Origin: a virus
Taxonomy: Duplodnaviria > Caudoviricetes
Virus record (IMG/VR): IMGVR_UViG_3300011443_000019
Location: 1-48,474 of that record
Length of the DNA stretch: 48,474 nucleotides
Reading direction: 5' to 3' (one strand)
Of the stretch, positions 1 through 8,897 are shown in pieces. The translations under genes and the position numbers were made by a program. How positions within the stretch are numbered: position 1 is the stretch's first letter; every line of letters begins with the position of its first letter. The notes beneath the pieces are model-generated. The model was not told the DNA's origin and did no database searches. It worked only from the letters and a program-made list of their open reading frames with translations.

Positions 1-366
1 CATCCGTCCGCGCCGGTCGAGGACGACGAGGACGCGCCGCTTGAGAGCGTCGACCCGCCGGAGTCGTTGTCTGGGGAGGCGCGGGAGATCTGGATTCAGC
101 AAGCGCCCTTCGCGTGCGCGCAGCGGACGTTGACGAAGGCCACGGCACTGTCCTTTGAGCGTTATTGTAAGGCGGTCATATGGGAACGGAAGGAGTCGGA
201 GAGCTCGGCCCGCGGCGGGGCGAACCATCGTGGCCTCCTGAAGCAGATCAACGCCTACGAACTGCAATTCCTGTTGACGCCGTGCGGGAAGCCTATGCCG
301 GCCGCGCCGCGTGAGCAGGGGCAGTCGTCCACGAGTAAACTCGGACAGTTCCGCACGGCAGGATGA
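1..366 (+). CDS. terS: Terminase small subunit (5'-truncated)
   Basis: Frame open from base 1 (HPSAPV...PPESLSGEAREIW), P27-family-like PPxxLxxxAxxxW motif; ATGA overlap with terL. Confidence 0.8.
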   Translation, partial: HPSAPVEDDEDAPLESVDPPESLSGEAREIWIQQAPFACAQRTLTKATALSFERYCKAVIWERKESESSARGGANHRGLLKQINAYELQFLLTPCGKPMPAAPREQGQSSTSKLGQFRTAG

Positions 367-2129
367 CGGATCCCGTCACGGACTACGCGCGGGCGGTGCT
401 GGCGGGCGGTGTCATTGCGAGCCGCCTCGTCAAGCAGGCGTGTGCTCGGCATCTCCGGGATCTGCAGGAGGCGACGGCGCGGGGGCTCGTGTGGCGGGTG
501 GAGCGCGGGCAGCGGGCGATCGACTTCTTTTCGGAAGTGCTCTATCTGCCGGAGAACACGGACGCCGGGGACGTGGTCGATGACGGGGAGGACGCGCCGG
601 CCACTGACCCGCGGCCGTTCGTCCTCGAGCCGTGGCAGCAGTTCATCGTGGGGTCACTGTTCGGTTGGTATACGGACAAGGGGTTTCGACGGTTCCGTGA
701 GGCCTACATTGAGACGGCGAAAGGGTCGGGTAAGACCCCCTTGGGCGCCGGGATCATGCTGTATCTCTTGGTCGCCGATGGGCAGCGGGGCGCGCAAGTC
801 TTCCTCGCGGCGGTCGGGCGGGATCAGGCCGGGATCGCCTGGCGAGATGTGCTGGCGATGGTCGACGCCTCGCCGGAACTCAAGGCGTTTTTCCGGGACG
901 GGCGCCGGGCGAACGTGCTGAACGTGATCGAGGACGGGTCGTTTCTCAAGCCGGTCTCGTCGGAAAAGCGCGGCCTCGACGGCAAGCGCGTGCATGGGGC
1001 ACTGGTCGACGAACTGCACGAGCACGCGACCCCGATTGTCGTCAACAAGATGCGCGCCGGCACCAAGGGGCAGCGGAACGCCCTGATCGTCAAGACGACC
1101 AATTCAGGATTCGACCGGACGTCGGTGTGCTGGTATCACCACGAGCAGTCCCGCAAGGTGCTCGACGGGACGGTCACCAATGACGCCTGGTTCGCCTTCA
1201 TCTGCGGGTTGGACCCGTGCGAGGCGTGCGCAACCGCCGGTAAGTGGTTCCCGTCGGATGAGTGCTCGGATTGTGACTCGTGGGAACGCGAGGGGCCGCA
1301 TTGGCTCAAGGCGAATCCGAATCTCGGGGTGTCGCTTCCGTGGCAATACGTCCGAGAGCGGGTCACGCAGGCGGCGTCGATGCCGTCGGAAGTCTCGGAC
1401 GTCTTGCGGTTCAACTTCTGTGTCTGGACGCTGGCCATCTCGCGGGCGATCGACATGGGCCGCTGGCACGCCTGTCAGCCGATGCCGTCGGATGAAGAAC
1501 TCGTCGGGGTGGATTGTTTCGGGTGCTTGGACGTCGGGGAAACGGACGACTTCACGGCCTGGGGCCGGTTGTGGCTGTTCGACGATGGGCGGGTCGTGGT
1601 GAAGTTCCGCTACTGGATCCCGAGTATTGCGCTGGAGCGGTATCCGAACCGGCCGTATGAGGAATGGCGCCGGACGAAGATTCTCACGGTCACGGACGGA
1701 GACGCGACGGATTACAGCCTCGTGCGTGAGTCGATTCTGAAGGATTGCCACGCGGAAGGCATCCGCTCGGTCTACTTCGACCCTCGTGCGGCCCGTGAGA
1801 CGGCGCAACTCCTGATGGCCGAAGGGATCGACATGGTCCCGATTCCTGGCGGGTTCGCCCTGGCCGAAGCGATCAAGCGATGGAAGGCTCTGATCGTCAG
1901 TGGGCACCTCTGCCACGGCGACGAAAAGATCCTCTCGTGGATGGCGTCGAATACCGTGCTCCTGAAGGGCGCCAAGGGCGAGGAACGACTGGCCAAGGAA
2001 CGCTCACCCGAGAAGATCGACGGCATTGCGGCGTTGGTGACAGGTATCGAAGGCGCGATTGTGCGGCGGGAACGGAAGCCGGAACCGACGTATCCAATGT
2101 TCGTGTTAGGAGCACACCCAGGCGTATGA
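363..2129 (+). CDS. terL: Terminase large subunit
   Basis: LEPWQ adenine-binding motif, Walker A (AKGSGKT), Walker B (ALVDELHE), nuclease motifs LDVGETDD and KIDGIAA. Confidence 0.97.
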   Translation: MTDPVTDYARAVLAGGVIASRLVKQACARHLRDLQEATARGLVWRVERGQRAIDFFSEVLYLPENTDAGDVVDDGEDAPATDPRPFVLEPWQQFIVGSLFGWYTDKGFRRFREAYIETAKGSGKTPLGAGIMLYLLVADGQRGAQVFLAAVGRDQAGIAWRDVLAMVDASPELKAFFRDGRRANVLNVIEDGSFLKPVSSEKRGLDGKRVHGALVDELHEHATPIVVNKMRAGTKGQRNALIVKTTNSGFDRTSVCWYHHEQSRKVLDGTVTNDAWFAFICGLDPCEACATAGKWFPSDECSDCDSWEREGPHWLKANPNLGVSLPWQYVRERVTQAASMPSEVSDVLRFNFCVWTLAISRAIDMGRWHACQPMPSDEELVGVDCFGCLDVGETDDFTAWGRLWLFDDGRVVVKFRYWIPSIALERYPNRPYEEWRRTKILTVTDGDATDYSLVRESILKDCHAEGIRSVYFDPRAARETAQLLMAEGIDMVPIPGGFALAEAIKRWKALIVSGHLCHGDEKILSWMASNTVLLKGAKGEERLAKERSPEKIDGIAALVTGIEGAIVRRERKPEPTYPMFVLGAHPGV

Positions 2130-2305
2130 ACGAGGACACACAGCGGAAGCGCGGCAGACCACGGGCCCAGGAGCAAGGGTCGTCAGTTTCCGCATGGGTG
2201 CCGCAGACGTATCATGACCGTCTCGTGAAACTGGCGGACAAGCACGACGTGTCCGTGTCCTCGCTCGTGAAAACCTTGCTCGTGCTCCAACTCCGCAAGC
2301 CCTAA
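2126..2305 (+). CDS. Small ribbon-helix-helix DNA-binding protein with AT-hook-like RGRPR
   Basis: ATGA overlap with terL; MNEDTQRKRGRPR...VSAWVPQTYHDRLVKLADKHDVSVSSLVK fits an RHH pattern. Confidence 0.65.
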   Translation: MNEDTQRKRGRPRAQEQGSSVSAWVPQTYHDRLVKLADKHDVSVSSLVKTLLVLQLRKP

Positions 2306-2315
2306 CCCCCCTCTA

Positions 2316-2344
2316 TTGACGCGCGACTACTATCATAGTAGTAT
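2316..2344 (+). promoter_or_regulatory. Sigma70-type promoter with overlapping palindromic operator
   Basis: TTGACG(2316-2321)-N17-TAGTAT(2339-2344); perfect inverted repeat ACTACTAT-C-ATAGTAGT at 2326-2342; ATG at 2354 suggests a near-leaderless mRNA. Confidence 0.75.
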
Positions 2345-2353
2345 GCTGCAGGC

Positions 2354-2473
2354 ATGAAACAGATTACGTGTCCGCGCTGCCGGTATGAGTGGATTCCTCG
2401 CGTCCAGAATCCCAAAGCCTGTCCGGCCTGTAAGACACGCCTGGCTATGCCTAGGAAGAAAAGAAAGGCGTGA
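2354..2473 (+). CDS. 39-aa Zn-ribbon microprotein (absent from ORF track)
   Basis: MKQITCPRCRYEWIPRVQNPKACPACKTRLAMPRKKRKA; two CxxC pairs; GTGA overlap with next gene. Confidence 0.75.
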   Translation: MKQITCPRCRYEWIPRVQNPKACPACKTRLAMPRKKRKA

Positions 2474-3318
2474 TTGAGATGGCTACACTTCGAGCGCGCG
2501 CGGATGGTCTACCGCCGAACATTCTGGACCTGGACGTTGAGAAGCCGTATACCGGCCAAGTGAGCATTAGCCACGAGGCTGCTGCGCTGTTGTTGCCGGA
2601 ATATAACAAGGGTAACCGGCGGGTGCGCAAGGCTCTCGTGAATTATCTATTGCGCCAGATCCAGAACGGCGAATGGCAATCCGATCATCCGCAGCCGATC
2701 GTGTTCTCGGCGGACGGACGACTAATTGACGGGCAGCATCGCTTGTTCGCGATAGCAGAGAGTGGGCGCACCGTGCTAGCAATGGTTGTGACTGGTGTCA
2801 GAGATGCACTCAGGGAGTACATCGACACAGGTATCAGCCGTCAATTAGAAGATCGCGTGGAGTTTTCATCCGATCCCGGCCAGAACCAACGATTAGCACA
2901 ACTAGTGAATCAGTTCGCATCCCTACAGACCGGGCGTCCGCGCGGAACAAGCAAGCCGACGCCAAGCGAAGCACTAGATATATTTACTGCAAACAAAGAG
3001 GGTTTCATGTTCTCCGCCCATTACATGGGGAGGCGGATAGCTGGTCTATGCGCTGCTCCTGTTATGGTTGCTCTGGCGGAATACCATAGCCGAGATCGCG
3101 ATCGTGCCACGGCGTTCTGTGAATCATTGCTAGCAACCGACGGCGACATACAGCCGGCGCGAAGGCTGAGAGAGCATCTCATTCGCCGATCTGCCCAAGG
3201 CGCAACGGCTGGAGGTCAAGCGCGCCTGGACATCTACCTAAAGAGTGTCGGTGCCATGCGCGCGCACATGGAAGGCCGAATCATTTCCAGTCTCCGCAGT
3301 TCAACGTGGGCTGGATAA
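2470..3318 (+). CDS. ParB/Srx-like (DGQHR motif) protein
   Basis: NRRVRK...GEW...IVFS..GRLIDGQHRLFAI motif; lower GC than flanks. Confidence 0.7.
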   Translation: MIEMATLRARADGLPPNILDLDVEKPYTGQVSISHEAAALLLPEYNKGNRRVRKALVNYLLRQIQNGEWQSDHPQPIVFSADGRLIDGQHRLFAIAESGRTVLAMVVTGVRDALREYIDTGISRQLEDRVEFSSDPGQNQRLAQLVNQFASLQTGRPRGTSKPTPSEALDIFTANKEGFMFSAHYMGRRIAGLCAAPVMVALAEYHSRDRDRATAFCESLLATDGDIQPARRLREHLIRRSAQGATAGGQARLDIYLKSVGAMRAHMEGRIISSLRSSTWAG

Positions 3319-3509
3319 CAACCGTTCGCTGTCCGTGGCATGAGGAGAATACGCCTTCCTGCCAACTTCATAGCGTAAGGCGTGTCGTGTATTGCTTCGG
3401 CTGTGGACGACACGCCACTCCTGATGAACTGATCTCTGCCCTGAAGTCGGTTGGCCGAGTTGATGATGCCAACCGAGTCGAAACGGCTATTTCCCTACTA
3501 ATCAAATAG
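3306..3509 (+). CDS. Stand-alone CHC2 (primase-type) zinc finger protein
   Basis: CPWHEENTPSC...VYCFGCG matches the DnaG Zn-binding domain pattern. Confidence 0.7.
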   Translation: MGWITTVRCPWHEENTPSCQLHSVRRVVYCFGCGRHATPDELISALKSVGRVDDANRVETAISLLIK

Positions 3510-3545
3510 TCCTCCCTCTCTACGGCCGCAGCATGGTACCGCTCC

Positions 3546-5504
3546 ATGTTGAACAGCCGGGCCTATTCGACCCTCGACCACGTCAAAACGGTCGATGAGG
3601 ATCAACGAATCATCGAAGGTATTGCGAGCACGCCCGAGGTTGATAGGGCTGGCGATGTCGTCGTGCCTGAGGGTGCGACGTTCAATCTGCCCATGCCGCT
3701 GCTCTGGCAGCATCAAGCCGATCAACCAATCGGGAGCATTCTCAGTGCGACCGTCGGCAAGTCCGGCATCAAGATTCGTGCGCAGATCGCCAAGGACATA
3801 GGCCTCCCTGAAATTGAAAGAGCTTGGCGACTCATAAAGTCCGGCCTTGTGCGTGGGTTCAGTATCGGGTTCAAGGCCTTGGAAATGGAACCGCTGAACG
3901 CGAAGGATCCGTGGGGCGGTCAGAAGTTTACGAAGTGGCTGTGGTTGGAAACCTCTGCGGTCACGATTCCCGCGAATGGATCGGCCTCAATCTCGCTCAT
4001 CAAACAACTCGACACCCAACAGCGCGCCGCGACAGGCACCGCTGGACGTGTTCACTCGTCATCTTCGCCTACTGCCGTGGGCTCCAAGTCGAAAAAGGAG
4101 TCGCCAATGGCGACAGCATCAGAACAATTGACGTCGGCATTGGCCGAGCTCCGGACGAAGTCCGAACGACTCACGCAACTGAATGACCTCGAAGGCGCCG
4201 ACGGCAGTCTCGAGGACGCACAGGAGCAGGAAGCGACCCAGTTGGCCGGGCAGGTCAAGGCCTTGTCCGGAAAGATCGACCGGCTCAAGGCGATGGAAAT
4301 GGCCCTGGCCGCGCAAGCGCGCCCGGCCCTCGTCAAGCAGGCCACGGGCGATGTCCGCGACGTGCACACCCAGCACATCGAAATGGGCAAGGCACCGGAA
4401 CAGCAGTTGCCGCCCGGGATCGAACTGGCGAAGTATCTGATCTGCCGCGCGGCGGCGCTCCGCATGGGCGTCTCAGCGCTGGACCTGGCGAAGCATTACT
4501 ACCCCGGCCTGACGCGCATTCAGACGATGCTGAAGGAAGTCGTGCCGGCGGGCAGCACGCTCGACTCGACGTGGGCGGGCCCGCTCGTCTACCCGACGAA
4601 CCTCGTGAGCGAGTTCATCGAGTTCCTGCGACCGCAGACCATCATCGGCCGCATCGACGGCATGACGCGCGTCTCGTTCAATTCTCGCATCGGCGGGGAG
4701 ACGTCGGGCGGGGCGGGCTACTGGGTCGGGCAGGGCAAGGCGAAGCCGCTCACTAAGGGCGACTACAACGAGACGACCATCCCGTTCACGAAGGTCGCGA
4801 ACATCGCGGTCCTGACGGATGAGTTGGTGCGGTTCTCGAGTCCCTCGGCCGAAGCGCGGGTCCGCAGCTTGCTCGTGCGGGCGCTCCAGGAACGGCTCGA
4901 CATCGACTTCATCGATCCCGCGAAGACGGCCTCGGCGGGCGTCTCCCCGGCCTCGATTACCAACGGCATCGCGAACCTCAACGCCTCAGGCGTGACGCTC
5001 GACGCGGTCGACGTGGACGTGCAAGCCCTGATGAACTCCTTCATCACGGCGCACATCATGCCGACACACTGGATCATGCCGAACTCGGTCGCGCTGGCGC
5101 TCTCGCTCATGCGGACGTCGCTCGGGGCGTATGCCTTCCCGACGATCAACATGAACGGCGGCACGTTCTACGGGCTTCCCGTCGTGACGTCGCAGTATGC
5201 GATTCTCGGCACGCCCGCGAACAACCTCATCGTGCTCCTGTCGGCGCCGGAAATCTTCCTGGCGGACGATGGCGGGTTCTCGATGGAGATGAGCCGCGAG
5301 GCCTCGCTCGAGATGGACGACGCGCCGACGATGGATGCCGGGTCACTGGGCTCACCGGCCGGTGCCACGGGCTCGACGGTCGTCTCGATGTTCCAGACGA
5401 ACAGCGTGGCACTCCGCTGCGAGCGCTACATCTACTGGACGCGTCGGCGGAATGCTGGCGTGGCCTGGATGGATGACGTGCAGTGGGCCGCCGGCACGTC
5501 GTAG
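3546..5504 (+). CDS. Fused HK97-type prohead protease and major capsid protein
   Basis: N-terminal protease motifs (EGIAST..DRAGD, LLWQH, GFSIGF, ETSAVTIPAN), coiled-coil delta domain, HK97-fold capsid C-terminus (SMFQTNSVALRCER). Confidence 0.93.
   Translation: MLNSRAYSTLDHVKTVDEDQRIIEGIASTPEVDRAGDVVVPEGATFNLPMPLLWQHQADQPIGSILSATVGKSGIKIRAQIAKDIGLPEIERAWRLIKSGLVRGFSIGFKALEMEPLNAKDPWGGQKFTKWLWLETSAVTIPANGSASISLIKQLDTQQRAATGTAGRVHSSSSPTAVGSKSKKESPMATASEQLTSALAELRTKSERLTQLNDLEGADGSLEDAQEQEATQLAGQVKALSGKIDRLKAMEMALAAQARPALVKQATGDVRDVHTQHIEMGKAPEQQLPPGIELAKYLICRAAALRMGVSALDLAKHYYPGLTRIQTMLKEVVPAGSTLDSTWAGPLVYPTNLVSEFIEFLRPQTIIGRIDGMTRVSFNSRIGGETSGGAGYWVGQGKAKPLTKGDYNETTIPFTKVANIAVLTDELVRFSSPSAEARVRSLLVRALQERLDIDFIDPAKTASAGVSPASITNGIANLNASGVTLDAVDVDVQALMNSFITAHIMPTHWIMPNSVALALSLMRTSLGAYAFPTINMNGGTFYGLPVVTSQYAILGTPANNLIVLLSAPEIFLADDGGFSMEMSREASLEMDDAPTMDAGSLGSPAGATGSTVVSMFQTNSVALRCERYIYWTRRRNAGVAWMDDVQWAAGTS
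4095..4109 (+). promoter_or_regulatory. Internal RBS and in-frame start for a capsid-only product
   Basis: AAGGAG (4095-4100) followed 6 nt later by in-frame ATG (4107, codon 188) at the protease/delta-domain boundary. Confidence 0.65.
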
Positions 5505-5523
5505 GGCATAACCGGGTAGCAAT

Positions 5524-5563
5524 ACGAGCATCCGCCGGAGCATATCCGGCGGATGCTCGTTTC
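5524..5563 (+). terminator. Strong hairpin after the capsid gene (terminator or mRNA stabiliser)
   Basis: Perfect 16-bp stem ACGAGCATCCGCCGGA / TCCGGCGGATGCTCGT with 5-nt loop; only a short T run follows. Confidence 0.75.
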
Positions 5564-5576
5564 ATGTTGAGGGTGG

Positions 5577-5876
5577 ATGTTCAACGGGATATGGCTGGTC
5601 GCCTCTGAGTCGCTCATGCTTGAGGGCCTAGAGGTAGAACCCGGCGAACGGTTTCAGATTCCGCGCACCCTCGCGGGCGCGTATCTAGTCAGGCGACAGG
5701 CGACGATCGCGCCGAAGGTTGATCCGCAACCTGAGCCAGTGCCGGAAGCGCCGACACCGCGCAGGCGACGGCCACGCAAGACGACCACCGCCACCATTTC
5801 AGCAGAGACGCCAGAGCAATCCTCAGACGAGTCTCCGCGCCACTATCACCGCCGCGATCTTGAGGCGGAAGAGTGA
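5577..5876 (+). CDS. Hypothetical head-region protein
   Basis: ORF between capsid and portal, GTGA overlap with portal, Pro/Arg-rich tail. Confidence 0.7.
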   Translation: MFNGIWLVASESLMLEGLEVEPGERFQIPRTLAGAYLVRRQATIAPKVDPQPEPVPEAPTPRRRRPRKTTTATISAETPEQSSDESPRHYHRRDLEAEE

Positions 5877-7264
5877 ACTTATTCGGCCTGACGATCTCCC
5901 GAACCAAGGCAGCCGTGAGTGCGATGACGCCTGCGAACAGTGCCGGGCTCATGTCGGCCGGTGCTGGTTCGAACGGCTGGTATCCGATCGTCCGTGAAGG
6001 ATTCGCGAAGGCCTGGCAGTGCAACGTCGAGACGCCCCTCTGTGACGTCCTGAGTCATCCGACCGTCTTCGCGTGCATCACGCTGATCGCGGGTGACATT
6101 GCGAAGATGCGCCTCCAGTTGGTGCGCGAGGAAGAGAACGACGTCTGGGCGCCAACCGACAGCGGAGCCTTTTCGCCCGTGCTGCGTGAACCGAACCACT
6201 ACCAGGCGCCGTTTCAGTTTTTCGAGCAGTGGATGCTGTCGAAGCTCATCCATGGCAACACGTTTGTCCTGAAGCGTCGAGATAATCGCGGCGTGGTTGA
6301 TGCGCTCTATGTGCTCGATCCGACACGCGTGCGTCCGTTGATTGCTCGTGATGGAAGCGTGTTCTATGAACTAAACACGAACGACTTGGCGCCGATCAGC
6401 GAAGGCGTCGTCGTGCCGGCGCGGGAGATGATCCACGATCGGTTCAACTGCTTTTATCACCCCCTGGTCGGGATCTCGCCGCTCTATGCCTGCGGGATCG
6501 CGGCCATGCTCGGGATGAAGATCCAGACGAACTCGGCGCACTTCTTTGGCAACGGGTCACAACCTGGGGGCATCCTGACGGCACCTGGGGCCATCAGTGA
6601 ACCGACGGCCGCTCGACTCAAAGAAAACTGGGAAAAGAACTTCGGCGGGCAGAACCGCGGGCGCGTGGCGGTGGTTGGCGACGGCCTGAAATACGAAGCG
6701 ATGGCCGAGTCGGCGGACAAGTCCCAACTGAATGAGCAGTGGGATTCCGCCTCCCAGGCGATCGCCGTGGCGTTTCATGTGCCGTGGTATCTCGTCGGCG
6801 GCCCGATGCCGCCCTATAACAACATCCAGGCGCTCAACGTCCAGTATTACACCCAGTGCTTGCAGCCGTTGACGACGGCGCTCGAGCAGGTCATGGATAC
6901 CGGCCTCGGTCTGAGTCCGGACAAGATCAATGGCGTGCGTCTCGGGACGCAGTTCAACATTAATGACCTCCTGTGGATGGACTCGGCGACGATGATGGCC
7001 GTTATCGCGCAGGGCATCGGGGCCGGGGTGCTGTCGCCGAATGACGGCCGAGCCAGGATCAACCTCGGGCCGGTCAAGGGTGGGGATACGCCCTACCTGC
7101 AGCAGCAGAACTTTAGCCTTGAGGATCTCGCCGAGCGGTCGAAGAATCCGATCCTCACGCCTCAACCGGCGCCACCTGCGGCGGAGTCCGACGACATGCC
7201 GGACGACATGAGCGAAGCGGCCTTCCTGGTGAGCCTACGGAAAGAACTGGAGCTGCACGCGTGA
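5873..7264 (+). CDS. Portal protein (HK97 family)
   Basis: VFACITLIAGDIAK, LIHGNTF, GISPL, FGNGSQPGGIL, LSPNDGRARINLGPVKGGD motifs. Confidence 0.96.
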   Translation: MNLFGLTISRTKAAVSAMTPANSAGLMSAGAGSNGWYPIVREGFAKAWQCNVETPLCDVLSHPTVFACITLIAGDIAKMRLQLVREEENDVWAPTDSGAFSPVLREPNHYQAPFQFFEQWMLSKLIHGNTFVLKRRDNRGVVDALYVLDPTRVRPLIARDGSVFYELNTNDLAPISEGVVVPAREMIHDRFNCFYHPLVGISPLYACGIAAMLGMKIQTNSAHFFGNGSQPGGILTAPGAISEPTAARLKENWEKNFGGQNRGRVAVVGDGLKYEAMAESADKSQLNEQWDSASQAIAVAFHVPWYLVGGPMPPYNNIQALNVQYYTQCLQPLTTALEQVMDTGLGLSPDKINGVRLGTQFNINDLLWMDSATMMAVIAQGIGAGVLSPNDGRARINLGPVKGGDTPYLQQQNFSLEDLAERSKNPILTPQPAPPAAESDDMPDDMSEAAFLVSLRKELELHA

Positions 7265-8241
7265 AGCCTTCCGATCTGGCGATGATCACGCGCGTGATGG
7301 GGCCGGTAGTGCGGGAGTTCACGGCCAAGGCGGTTGCGGAAGCGGTCGCGGTTGAGCGCGAGCGTCACGCGGCACTCGAACTGCGGATCCTGGAACTCGA
7401 AACGCGTCCGGCGCCTCTCGCTGGCAAAGATGGCCTGAACGGGGAGAAGGGCGATCCGGGCGAGAAGGGCCTTGACGGGAAGGACGGTCTACCAGGGAAG
7501 GATGGCCGCGACGGGATCGACGGCAAGGACGGCGTTCCTGGCGTGGATGGGAAAGATGGCGCACCGGGTATGCACGGCAAGGACGGAGCACCTGGGACTG
7601 ACGGGAAAGATGGCGCTCCAGGGCTGAACGGGAAAGACGGAGCCGATGGCCTCGACGGCAAGGACGGGGCGCCCGGGCTGAACGGCAAAGATGGATCCGA
7701 CGGACTTCACGGCAAAGACGGAGCGGCCGGCCGTGACGGGAAGGACGGGGCTCCTGGAGATCGCGGGTTCCAAGGCGAGAAGGGCCTTGATGGTGCGCCC
7801 GGTGATGCTGGCCGTGATGGTCGCGATGGACTCCCTGGCGCGTCAGGAAAGCCGGGAGAAAAAGGGCTCGACGGACGCGACGGCGTGGATGGGCTCGGCT
7901 TCGATGACATCCAGGTGGCGCACGACGGCGAACGGTCCTTCGACATCAAGTTCGTGCGAGGGGATCGGGTGAAGTCGTGCGGCACGTTCACAATCCCCGC
8001 GCAGATCGATCGCGGCGTCTATCAGGCGGGCAAGACCTACGAGCGCGGCGACGGGGCCACGTGGGACGGACACTTCTGGATCGCCCAGACGAAGACGCAC
8101 GAGCCGCCGGGGGAAGGCTCATCCGCGTGGCGCTTGGCGGTTCGACGTGGTAAGCAAGGCCGCGAAGGGAAGAAGGGCGATCCCGGAGCGGATGGCCGCG
8201 ACCTCACGCAGATGGATCCGCAAACGGGGCGGAAATGGTAA
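7261..8241 (+). CDS. Collagen-like head-associated protein
   Basis: 53 uninterrupted Gly-X-Y triplets; C-terminal GVYQAGKTYERGDGATWDGHFWIA...WRLAVRRG domain. Confidence 0.85.
   Translation: MKPSDLAMITRVMGPVVREFTAKAVAEAVAVERERHAALELRILELETRPAPLAGKDGLNGEKGDPGEKGLDGKDGLPGKDGRDGIDGKDGVPGVDGKDGAPGMHGKDGAPGTDGKDGAPGLNGKDGADGLDGKDGAPGLNGKDGSDGLHGKDGAAGRDGKDGAPGDRGFQGEKGLDGAPGDAGRDGRDGLPGASGKPGEKGLDGRDGVDGLGFDDIQVAHDGERSFDIKFVRGDRVKSCGTFTIPAQIDRGVYQAGKTYERGDGATWDGHFWIAQTKTHEPPGEGSSAWRLAVRRGKQGREGKKGDPGADGRDLTQMDPQTGRKW
7423..7899 (+). repeat. Gly-X-Y collagen repeat with GKD-GAP-GLN-like periodicity
   Basis: 53 triplets counted directly from the translation. Confidence 0.95.
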
Positions 8242-8897
8242 AGCGCGCGATGACGTTCGCCTCAGTGCCCCGGCTCTTGCCTGATGGCGGGACGGTGCTC
8301 GTGATGGGCTCGGGCCCGTCACTCACTCAGTCCGACGTGGACCTCGCGCGGGCGCATGTCTCGGCCGTGATCGCAGTGAACGATAGCTACAAGTTGGCGC
8401 CAGACGCGGACGTGCTCTATGCGGCGGACGCCCGCTGGTGGGGCTGGCACAAAGGCGCGGTGGCCCACGTCACGGGCGGCGGGGTGAAGTATCCCGAGTT
8501 CACCGGCCGGTATAAGTATGCCCTCGCCGCCGTCCCCGGCTACCCCGACGTGCAGGTGCTGCGCCGTGGACCGCAGACCGGCCTGACGTTGGACCCTGGG
8601 CGCGTGGCGCTTGGGCTCAACGGGGCGTATCAGTCGATCAACGTCGCGGTGCATCTCGGGGCCTCGCGGGTGCTCTTGCTCGGCGTGGACATGCAAGGCG
8701 GGCACTTCTTCGGGCGGCACCCGAACAACAGCGGCCCACCGTTTTCCATGTGCCTGCAACGGTTCGCGACACTGGTCGATCCACTCAAGACGGCCGGGGT
8801 CGACGTGGTGAACTGCACGCCCAAGAGTGCGCTCAAGGCGTTTCCGCTGATGGATCTGAGCGAGGCGTTTCCGATGGCGCAGGCGGTGGCGTCGTGA
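8235..8897 (+). CDS. Maf/DUF115 (MptE-like) fold putative glycosyltransferase
   Basis: VLVMGSGPSL, VIAVND, DVLYAAD, NGAYQSINVAVHLGASRVLLLGVD motifs. Confidence 0.7.
   Translation: MVKRAMTFASVPRLLPDGGTVLVMGSGPSLTQSDVDLARAHVSAVIAVNDSYKLAPDADVLYAADARWWGWHKGAVAHVTGGGVKYPEFTGRYKYALAAVPGYPDVQVLRRGPQTGLTLDPGRVALGLNGAYQSINVAVHLGASRVLLLGVDMQGGHFFGRHPNNSGPPFSMCLQRFATLVDPLKTAGVDVVNCTPKSALKAFPLMDLSEAFPMAQAVAS

Noticed and set aside
2470-3318. Plasmid partition system or Dnd phosphorothioation locus
   Set aside because: No ParA, parS array or other dnd genes; the DGQHR motif alone is insufficient
7423-7899. CRISPR-like or DNA tandem array
   Set aside because: Degenerate codon-level periodicity from the collagen repeat; no fixed repeat-spacer structure
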